Origin: Escherichia coli
GTDB lineage: Bacteria > Pseudomonadota > Gammaproteobacteria > Enterobacterales > Enterobacteriaceae
Assembly (NCBI RefSeq): GCF_003018255.1
Contig: NZ_CP027440.1
Reading direction: 5' to 3' (one strand)
DNA length: 64,000 nt
This document shows positions 58,081-64,000 of this stretch, one piece after another. A program made the translations under genes and the position numbers. The notes under the pieces were generated by a model. That model ran no database searches. It was given only the letters and a program-made list of their open reading frames with translations, and had not been told where the DNA came from. Each line of letters begins with the position of its first letter. Position 1 is the first letter of the stretch.

Positions 58081-58500
58081 TCAGGAGGCTTTTTGTTTTT
58101 TCTTTCGCGCTAATTCTTCATAAATTGCGTTGTACTTCTGTTTTTTCTCCTCAAGAGTTTTTAAAAGTTCATCAGTTTCACTGTCAGGGAGTTCATCAAG
58201 AAGTTCAATGATGATTTTTTGCTTCGGACTTAACTCCTGATAGAAACGCAGGCTTCCGCTTTCTTCAGTGTCCTCCCCCAGAAGGTAAGTTGGTGTTGTT
58301 CCGATAAGTGCTGCCAATTCTTTCAGTTTCTCTCGACGGGGAATTGCCTCTCCATTAAACCATTTACTAACCGCTTTGGGTGTTAGCTTCATTCGACGGG
58401 CAATTTCTGCCTGCCTTCCGTGTTGTTCAAAGCCAGCATTTTCACAGGCTAGCGCAAGCCTGCTGGCGAACTCTTTACGCGCTTCATCTTCATGAACCAT
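58081..58500 (-). CDS. DicA-like prophage repressor (XRE HTH, no S24 peptidase domain)
   Basis: 139-aa ORF with an HTH (QAEIARRMKLTPKAVSKWFNGEAIP) and a C-terminal segment LSPKQKIIIELLDELPDSETDELLKTLE that parallels DicA LSPKELELLELFNALPESEQ. It is divergent from the cro-like gene. Confidence 0.85.
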   Translation of the reverse strand: MVHEDEARKEFASRLALACENAGFEQHGRQAEIARRMKLTPKAVSKWFNGEAIPRREKLKELAALIGTTPTYLLGEDTEESGSLRFYQELSPKQKIIIELLDELPDSETDELLKTLEEKKQKYNAIYEELARKKKQKAS

Positions 58501-58514
58501 AAGTTCAATGATAT

Positions 58515-58565
58515 TTGCTATTGAATGTACTGTCAGTTCTGTTATATTGTGTACTCAAAGTTCAC
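58515..58565. promoter_or_regulatory. Divergent immunity promoters with operators O2 and O3
   Basis: O2 is ATGTACTGTCAGTTCTG (58525-41) and O3 is GTGTACTCAAAGTTCAC (58549-65). Rightward promoter: TTGAAT-N16-TATATT. Leftward promoter: CTGACA-N16-TATCAT, ending 7 nt before the repressor ATG. Confidence 0.55.
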
Positions 58566-58579
58566 ATTGTGAGGGTGAT

Positions 58580-58846
58580 ATGAGCCATACAACACTTGCA
58601 GATGTAATCAAAGCAGTTCGCGTTTCTGTTGTAGCCGATGTTTGCGGTGTCAGCCAAAGAGCAATCTACAAATGGATGAATAATGGAAAATTACCGCGCA
58701 CAGAATATACAGGCGAAACAAATTACGCTGAAAAAATTGCTCTGGCATCAAACGGATTATTTTCTGCTGATGCGGTTTTGACTATTGGCAGGATTAAGCC
58801 TACAGCGAATGAATCACTGGCGGTGAACAATGAAAATCACCCCTGA
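58580..58846 (+). CDS. Cro/YdaS-like HTH regulator
   Basis: The ATG at 58580 follows GAGGGTGAT. The product is 88 aa with an HTH (VADVCGVSQRAIYKWMNNGKLP). It sits in the cro position opposite the repressor. Confidence 0.8.
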   Translation: MSHTTLADVIKAVRVSVVADVCGVSQRAIYKWMNNGKLPRTEYTGETNYAEKIALASNGLFSADAVLTIGRIKPTANESLAVNNENHP

Positions 58847-59381
58847 ACAGGTTTGTGAGGCTCTGGATGCCTGGGTATGCCGACCAGGAATGACACAGGA
58901 GCAGGCGACGATATTAATCACGGAAGCATTCTGGGCTCTGAAAGAACGCCCGAACATCGATGTTCAACGCGTCACGTTTAATGATGGCGAGGTTGATCAA
59001 CGGGCGCTGGGCGTTAATCGAGTGAAGATATTCGAACGCTGGAAGGCTATCGACACCAGGGATAAGCGTGAAAAATTCACGGCGCTGATTCCGGCAATTA
59101 TGGAGGCTATCCGGGTAAGTGATTTCAGGTTGTATTGTGAAATTACTGACGGAAAAAGCATTACGTACATGATCGCCGGGTTAAACAAAGAGTATGGCGA
59201 TGTGGTGGAGTCCGGGCTGCTTTTTGCGGATCCAGTTGTTGTGGAACGTGAGACTGATGAGCTTATAGAAAAAGCCATTGCTTTCAAGCGTGCGTATCGT
59301 CAGCAATACCAACATTACTTTGCAGATAAACAAATATCTGTCTGGGGTTCGTATGAGTATCGATGCACTACGATGGGCTAA
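58830..59381 (+). CDS. YdaT-like (CII-position) protein
   Basis: 183-aa ORF following cro. It resembles Rac YdaT in position and in the central motif (..ERWKAIDTRDKREKFTALIPAIMEAI.. compared with ..HRWLKGETKTQREKIQKLIPAILAIL..). Confidence 0.65.
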   Translation: MKITPEQVCEALDAWVCRPGMTQEQATILITEAFWALKERPNIDVQRVTFNDGEVDQRALGVNRVKIFERWKAIDTRDKREKFTALIPAIMEAIRVSDFRLYCEITDGKSITYMIAGLNKEYGDVVESGLLFADPVVVERETDELIEKAIAFKRAYRQQYQHYFADKQISVWGSYEYRCTTMG

Positions 59382-60390
59382 AAAGGTGAAAACCGGCAGT
59401 TCATCCAGTAAGTCAGTATTGACCTGGCTTGCTGATATGTGCGGTGCCGATTTGTGCGCATACCCGTCTATATCTGCACTGGCAGAAGTAACGGAACTGA
59501 ACAAAAAGACTGTGCAGGACAGTTTACGACACCTGATGGAGATTGGGTTAATTGTTGATACTGGTGAGAGAAAAGGCAGAACAAAGCAAATTGTGGTGTA
59601 CCGACTTATCGGTGTAGAAGAAAGTGTTGCCGAGCCTGAATACACCCAAAAACGGGAGTCTTTAAAGGTGGGTAAAATTGGTACTGTTAATAAAAATAGT
59701 ACCGAAAATGGTTATGTTTCAGCACAAAACAGACCCAAAAACGGAACTCTTAGCTGCATGGAAAATAACCAAAGACACCCAAATTTTCCATCAAAGACAC
59801 CCAAAAACGGATCACGGAACCCAAAGGAACCCAAAGATCTAAACCCCACACATAACGCACGCGAGAGTGCTCCGACCAGTGAGCAGGAAGTTTTGTCGTT
59901 ACAGGCAGCGCCCCCTGTATTCTTGGATGGCCTGAGCGAACCCATCGGGAAATTTTCGATGACTACTGTCTGGCAGCCGTCGCTGGATTTTCGACAACGG
60001 GCAGTAGTGTGGGGTATGGCTCTGCCTGAGCCGGAATTTACACCTGCTGAGCTTGCCGCATTCCGGGATTACTGGATGGCGGAGGGGAAGGTTTTCACGC
60101 AGGTTCAGTGGGAGCAGAAATTTGCCCGTCACGTGCAGCACGTCAGGGCACAGGTAAAACCAGTCAGCAAGGGGGTAAGCCATGCAGCATCAGGTGGCAC
60201 GGCATCACGGGCAGTTCAGGAAATCCGGGCAGCACGCGAACAGTGGGAACGTGAAAACGGATTTATCAGCAACGGAAACGGCCTGGAAGCTGTGGGAGCT
60301 TATGGGGGAGGTGTATTCGAACCGCTGGACTCAGAAGAATGGGGCCGCACCTTCGAAGCTCTGGATTGCCCAGATTGGTGCGATGACTGA
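59353..60390 (+). CDS. Replication initiator O-like protein (N-terminal wHTH, DnaT-like C-domain)
   Basis: The ATG at 59353 starts MSIDALRWAKKVKTGSSSSKSVLTWLADMCGADLCAYPSISALAEVTELNKKTVQDSLRHLMEIGLI... Iterons lie inside the gene. The C-terminal region (..AAFRDYWMAEGKVFTQVQWEQKFARHVQ) is typical of DnaT-domain initiators. Confidence 0.8.
   Translation: MSIDALRWAKKVKTGSSSSKSVLTWLADMCGADLCAYPSISALAEVTELNKKTVQDSLRHLMEIGLIVDTGERKGRTKQIVVYRLIGVEESVAEPEYTQKRESLKVGKIGTVNKNSTENGYVSAQNRPKNGTLSCMENNQRHPNFPSKTPKNGSRNPKEPKDLNPTHNARESAPTSEQEVLSLQAAPPVFLDGLSEPIGKFSMTTVWQPSLDFRQRAVVWGMALPEPEFTPAELAAFRDYWMAEGKVFTQVQWEQKFARHVQHVRAQVKPVSKGVSHAASGGTASRAVQEIRAAREQWERENGFISNGNGLEAVGAYGGGVFEPLDSEEWGRTFEALDCPDWCDD
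59640..59840 (+). repeat. Putative phage replication origin: iterons within the O-like gene
   Basis: (C/G)ACCCAAAAACGG occurs at 59643-55, 59732-44 and 59798-810. Degenerate copies are ACACCCAAATTTTCC (59775-89), AACCCAAAGG and AACCCAAAGA (59818-37). An AT-rich stretch spans 59680-59712. Confidence 0.65.
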
Positions 60391-60844
60391 ACAGCAAATC
60401 CGTCTGGTCTGCCGTCAGTGCATGGACCGCTGCCGGGCGGGTGAAACGTGGCCCCCGGACCTGGCTGAGTTTGTTGCGCTGATTTCGGAGAGTGGGGCAA
60501 ATCCATTTGGTCTTACGGTGGATGCCGTGATGGAAGAGTACCGGCGCTGGCGCAATGAATCCTGGCGATACGACGGGAGTGATAAATACCCGTGGCCACA
60601 GCCTGTGCTGTACCACATCTGCCTCGAAATGCGTACCAGAGGGATTGAGCGCCAGATGACGCAGGGTGAGTTAAAACGACTTGCGGAACGGCAACTGACG
60701 AAATGGGCAAAGCATGTTGGTAACGGGATGAGTGTTCCGCCAGTGCGACGACAACTGGAAGGGGCGAAACACCCGAAAGGGCCAACGCCAATTGAACGGC
60801 TGAAACAGGAATACGAACGCCGGAAGGCTGCTGGTTTTGTTTGA
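60182..60844 (+). CDS. Replication protein P-like (helicase loader); start uncertain
   Basis: ..SKLWIAQIGAMTEQQIRLVCRQCMDRCRAGETWPPDLAEFVALI..DKYPWPQPVLYHICLEM.. parallels lambda P ..RRQWVLAFRENGITTMEQVNAGMRVARRQNRPFLPSPGQFVAWC..ESYPWKSNAHYWLVTNL. Candidate starts are 60182 (ATG), 60251 (GTG), 60299 (ATG) and 60384 (ATG). Confidence 0.75.
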   Translation: MQHQVARHHGQFRKSGQHANSGNVKTDLSATETAWKLWELMGEVYSNRWTQKNGAAPSKLWIAQIGAMTEQQIRLVCRQCMDRCRAGETWPPDLAEFVALISESGANPFGLTVDAVMEEYRRWRNESWRYDGSDKYPWPQPVLYHICLEMRTRGIERQMTQGELKRLAERQLTKWAKHVGNGMSVPPVRRQLEGAKHPKGPTPIERLKQEYERRKAAGFV

Positions 60845-60877
60845 ATCTGGGAAACGATTTTGTCGGAGGAAATTTTA

Positions 60878-61594
60878 ATGGAAACCGTATTTGACGCACT
60901 GAAAGCACTGAAAAGAGCCTCTTCACAGGTAGTGGCGGCCCGCCTTGGAATCAGCCGTGAAGATGCGGTCAACGAACTGTGGAAACTGAAGCGCCGTGGT
61001 GAAGCGGATAACAAGGGGTCGATGTGGTGGCTGACTCAGGCAGGTGAAAGTGAACCAGTGTCACCGGTACCGAAAGTGACAGCGCAAATGCTGACTGAGG
61101 CGATTGAACAACATGGCCCACAAACGGCGGATGAGCTGGCACTTATGTTCGGGATTACCTCCCGCCGGGCGAATTCATCGCTGGCCATGGCAATCAGCAA
61201 AGGGCGTCTGATTCGCGTAAATCAGGGCGGTAAATTTCGTTACTGCATACCGGGCGCTGATTTACCGGCAGAGCCGGAAGCTGCATCCGTAGCGGAAACC
61301 GATGGTAAAGCCTTTCCTCAGCCAGCAGGTGTTGCGTTACCAGTCCAGGAAACGACGACACAGGAAGAAATGAAAACAGAAATCGTGGAAGACATTGTGA
61401 AGTTACAGCCATCGGTCACCGAAACGAAAGCAGATGACCTGATTCTACCATCGCTGCATGTGGCTAACCGCGAGCTGCGCCGGGCAAAAGGTCAGGTTCA
61501 GAAGTGGGAGCGAGTCTGCGCCGCGCTGCGGGAGCTGAACAAGTGCCGGGATATTCTCCGGGATATTACCGCCACCAGAGAACAGCAGCGGTGA
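60878..61594 (+). CDS. DUF1627-like double winged-helix protein
   Basis: The ATG at 60878 follows GGAGGA with 7-nt spacing. [43 protein letters not shown].. is followed by a second similar module ([41 protein letters not shown]). I recall this family from Stx-type lambdoid phages. Confidence 0.7.
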   Translation: METVFDALKALKRASSQVVAARLGISREDAVNELWKLKRRGEADNKGSMWWLTQAGESEPVSPVPKVTAQMLTEAIEQHGPQTADELALMFGITSRRANSSLAMAISKGRLIRVNQGGKFRYCIPGADLPAEPEAASVAETDGKAFPQPAGVALPVQETTTQEEMKTEIVEDIVKLQPSVTETKADDLILPSLHVANRELRRAKGQVQKWERVCAALRELNKCRDILRDITATREQQR

Positions 61595-61908
61595 GTGGGT
61601 GGAAGACGTGGTGCCGGGCTGAAATTCTGATACTCCGGCAGTGCGCGGGAACAATGAAGGTAAAAAGCATTGGCGCACTTATCGGACGAACTGAAGCGGC
61701 AGTGAGAACGAAGGCACGGGAGTTGGGCATCAGCATGATGTTACGTGGTGATTTTCACCCGTCGGCAAAATATTCTCAGCGTGATATTGAGCTGGCGCGG
61801 CAACTGCATCAGAGAGGCATGCAAAGAAGGGAAATTGCCAGAAAATTAGGCATGCCGCTGCGCATAGTGAATAACTACGTTTATTTCGACAGGAGGGTTC
61901 AGGCGTGA
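61591..61908 (+). CDS. Small HTH (SANT/GcrA-like) DNA-binding protein
   Basis: The GTG at 61591 overlaps the upstream stop (GTGA). It has two HTH-like segments ([21 protein letters not shown] and [19 protein letters not shown]). Confidence 0.6.
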   Translation: MSGWKTWCRAEILILRQCAGTMKVKSIGALIGRTEAAVRTKARELGISMMLRGDFHPSAKYSQRDIELARQLHQRGMQRREIARKLGMPLRIVNNYVYFDRRVQA

Positions 61909-62210
61909 GGGTGAGCATTTATATCGCCGGTCCAATGACGGGATATGAAAATTTCAACCGCGAGGCGTTTCACAGGGCGGAAGAAGCACTGAAACGGGAA
62001 GGGCATACCGTTTTAAACCCGGCAGTACTTCCGGACGGGCTGACTCAGCCGCAGTACATGGATATTTGCATGGCAATGATTCGTTGTGTGGATGCGGTTT
62101 ATATGCTGAAAGGCTGGCAGCGATCGGCAGGCGCTAAGGCAGAACTGGCACTGGCGGAGAAACTGGGACATGCGGTTATTTTCCAGGAGGCAACCAGTGA
62201 GCGAAATTAA
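61905..62210 (+). CDS. DUF4406 / nucleoside 2-deoxyribosyltransferase-like protein
   Basis: 101 aa, with a GTG start overlapping the upstream stop. [40 protein letters not shown]....AVYMLKGWQRSAGAKAELALAEKLG has the IAGPM(T/S)G and W..S.GA..E pattern of that family. Confidence 0.65.
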   Translation: MRVSIYIAGPMTGYENFNREAFHRAEEALKREGHTVLNPAVLPDGLTQPQYMDICMAMIRCVDAVYMLKGWQRSAGAKAELALAEKLGHAVIFQEATSERN

Positions 62211-62359
62211 TTACCAGGAGCTACGGCAGGTGAAAGAGAAAGCATAATCCAGATCTGAATAATTAAAATCAGCACTGTAAATAAAATTTAATCCTTAACC
62301 GGAGGGATTTCTGCACCCTCAGAACATCAGGAGACCGCCAGAAAGGGCGGTAATGAAAA

Positions 62360-62728
62360 ATGACTGAATTAACAAAAGAGCAATTAATCAAAGAAGCCAA
62401 ATTAAAAATAGCGGTTGCGAAATGTTACCCTAATTCAGAGATGGCCAGGGTAGAGGGAGAGCTATTCAAAATTGCACTGGCATCGCTGGAGGCGGTTCCG
62501 GTGGCATGGCTGCATTCAGACAATGGCCTGGGTATTCCAGCAATAACCAGGAGTAAAAACGTTGCTGATAGTTGGTTATCAAAGGGCTGGTATGTTCAGC
62601 CGTTATATGTAGCCCAACCTGTACCGGTGGTGCCGGATGCTCGTCCATCTTTAAATAATGGCATTGTCGGATTTGATGAAGGCTGGAATGCCTGCCGGGA
62701 TGCCATGCTTAATGGAGATAAATCATGA
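62360..62728 (+). CDS. Hypothetical phage protein (122 aa) with a C-terminal GWNACRDAML motif
   Basis: ORF-track entry. The C-terminal motif G.DEGWNACRDAMLNG recurs in small lambdoid ea/nin-region proteins as I recall. The function is unknown. Confidence 0.55.
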   Translation: MTELTKEQLIKEAKLKIAVAKCYPNSEMARVEGELFKIALASLEAVPVAWLHSDNGLGIPAITRSKNVADSWLSKGWYVQPLYVAQPVPVVPDARPSLNNGIVGFDEGWNACRDAMLNGDKS

Positions 62729-63426
62729 TTAATCGTATCAAACTGGAGCACATCCTCGAATATGCCGGGCAGCAGAGGCATATTGGTCAGCATTGTAAAA
62801 TTCCACCAGGAGATATGGTTGAAATCATGGAGATTGCCATGCGCAAGGCTGGCAACCCTCCGGTAACTCCGGGGCGTTTGCCTGGCGGTTTCACCATTGA
62901 GGAGGCGAAGGAGTTACATGAAGACCTGGTGCGCAGCCACATAAGCAAGGCTTTAAGTGGCGAAAAGATGAAGAAGAAGGATCTCGATGCTGATTTGCGC
63001 TGGATCCATGGGGTTATAGTCCAGGCCGCTTGGTTTGTAAAAGCATCACTGGAGCAGAATGTGCTAACGGGTAACTCTCAGGTAATCCCTGATGACGGTC
63101 GCGAACAGTTTGAAACACTTATCAGGTTCCATGCAGATGATAAAAACCATGAAACATTATTGCTTCGTGCTAACGAAGGGATGAATTACCGGGATCCAAA
63201 TGTGGATTTGGCATGGATATTCTGGAAATCCAGTCGAGAGCACATATTGCCTGGAAAAAGCGACAATAATCCAGCATCAGGCGATCAGGTAAGTGAATTA
63301 ACAATGTGGGTGAAGCGGTTATCTCATTCCTTAAAAAGCGTTAATAAATCAAGCAAACTACCGGATAAAGCGATGGACTACCTGAAGCGAAACGGACTGA
63401 TAAACGAGGAGAATATTTTACGATGA
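62725..63426 (+). CDS. Hypothetical phage protein (233 aa)
   Basis: Its start overlaps the upstream stop (ATGA). I recognise no domain. Confidence 0.55.
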   Translation: MINRIKLEHILEYAGQQRHIGQHCKIPPGDMVEIMEIAMRKAGNPPVTPGRLPGGFTIEEAKELHEDLVRSHISKALSGEKMKKKDLDADLRWIHGVIVQAAWFVKASLEQNVLTGNSQVIPDDGREQFETLIRFHADDKNHETLLLRANEGMNYRDPNVDLAWIFWKSSREHILPGKSDNNPASGDQVSELTMWVKRLSHSLKSVNKSSKLPDKAMDYLKRNGLINEENILR

Positions 63427-63506
63427 CCTGGCCTGAAGCGTTCATAACGGTAGGAATTGCAATGGCGGTGGCGCTGGTGGTGTATTCGATTTGCCGCTGG
63501 GGATAA
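63423..63506 (+). CDS. Candidate 27-aa single-pass membrane peptide
   Basis: The ATG overlaps the upstream stop (ATGA). The ORF reads MTWPEAFITVGIAMAVALVVYSICRWG. It is too short for the ORF track. Confidence 0.4.
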   Translation: MTWPEAFITVGIAMAVALVVYSICRWG

Positions 63507-63599
63507 AAACGGTTTGCGGGGAAAGAAGAGTTAAGTAGAATTGCTGCGGGTGCTTGAGGCTGTCTGCCTCGGGCATGCCGCCGTAAGGCAGACAGAGAA

Positions 63600-63703
63600 A
63601 AGCCCCAGTTAACATTACGCGTCTTGCAGGACGCTTAACATTAATCTGAGGCCCAATCTATGCTTCACAAACGTAGGTTAGCCTCTTACGTGCCGAAAGG
63701 CAA
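63600..63703 (-). ncRNA. sok: Sok-like antisense RNA and its promoter (approximate)
   Basis: Minus-strand promoter TTGCCT (63703-698)-N17-TAACCT (63680-75). The transcript would be antisense to the mok start and leader, and contains a GCGTC-N6-GACGC hairpin. The 3' end is not defined. Confidence 0.35.
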
Positions 63704-63872
63704 GGAGAAGCAGGCTATGAAGCAGCAAAAGGCGATGTTAATCGCCCTGATCGTCATCTGTATTACCGTTGTTGTGACGGCACTGGTAACGAGGAAAGAC
63801 CTCTGCGAGGTACGAATCCGAACCGGCCAGACGGAGGTCGCTGTCTTCGTAGACTACGAATCTGAGAAGTAA
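63660..63872 (+). CDS. mok: Mok-like reading frame (in-frame upstream extension of hok)
   Basis: 70-aa ORF MLHKRRLASYVPKGKEKQAMKQQ.., with the same organisation as K-12 MokC/HokC as remembered. Confidence 0.6.
   Translation: MLHKRRLASYVPKGKEKQAMKQQKAMLIALIVICITVVVTALVTRKDLCEVRIRTGQTEVAVFVDYESEK
63717..63872 (+). CDS. hok: Hok/Gef-family type I toxin (51 aa)
   Basis: MKQQKAMLIALIVICITVVVTALVTRKDLCEVRIRTGQTEVAVFVDYESEK is near-identical to HokC/Gef (MKQHKAMIVALIVICITAVVAALVTRKDLCEVHIRTGQTEVAVF..). GGAG lies 9 nt upstream. Confidence 0.9.
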   Translation: MKQQKAMLIALIVICITVVVTALVTRKDLCEVRIRTGQTEVAVFVDYESEK

Positions 63873-64000
63873 GAGTGACCAAGCGAGGGAGAAATCCCTC
63901 GCCACCTCTGATGTGTCAGGCATCCTCAACGCACCCGCACTTACCCCGTTCGGCAGACTTTGTTTTTTCCTGGCATTCTGGTTTACAATTCGCACGTCAG

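Larger units (their letters stand above)
51975..64000. mobile_element. Lambdoid (Qin/Rac-like) prophage, left end; extends beyond the window
   Basis: int-xis lie adjacent to the ompW 3' end, followed by an early-left operon, an immunity region, a replication module and hok. None of this is present after ompW in K-12 as remembered. The left boundary is only approximate, placed where the OmpW sequence starts to diverge. Confidence 0.88.

Overview
This window is Escherichia coli-type chromosome, colinear (from my memory of K-12) with the dauA-prs-ispE-lolB / hemA-prfA-prmC / kdsA / chaABC / narXL-narK-narGHJI / tyrT / purU / rssAB-galU-hns-tdk / adhE / oppABCDF / clsA-kch-tonB / yciABC-ompW segment. 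Positions 1 to about 52,000 are ordinary core genes. I adjusted many ORF-track starts to the shorter known protein starts.

The core differs from K-12 as I remember it in four places:
- There is one ldr/rdl type I toxin-antitoxin copy, not three.
- There are three tandem tRNA-Tyr genes.
- A 1425-bp IS4 copy with an inactivated transposase sits inside the adhE terminator hairpin.
- The ompW 3' end is altered.

From about 51,975 to the window end lies the left ~12 kb of a lambdoid, Qin/Rac-like prophage inserted at the ompW 3' end. Reading from ompW it carries:
- int and xis
- an 823-aa YdfE-like/DEDDh exonuclease
- ydfD-like, dicB-like and a shortened dicF-like sRNA
- an opposite-strand cassette of unknown function, then ydfA-like
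- a DicA-like repressor with three 17-bp operators
- Cro/YdaS-like and YdaT-like genes
- an O-like gene with iterons, and a P-like gene
- DUF1627-like, HTH and DUF4406-like genes
- three unknown coupled ORFs
- a hok/mok/sok module

The best candidate for something undescribed is the plus-strand cassette at 56,773-57,519, embedded antisense in the repressed early-left operon. It has an 80-codon ORF followed by a coiled-coil protein. That protein's four-Cys zinc ribbon is split by a frameshift in a T5 run.

No CRISPR array or rRNA was seen. All homology statements rest on reading translations and on memory of E. coli and phage proteins. No database search was possible.
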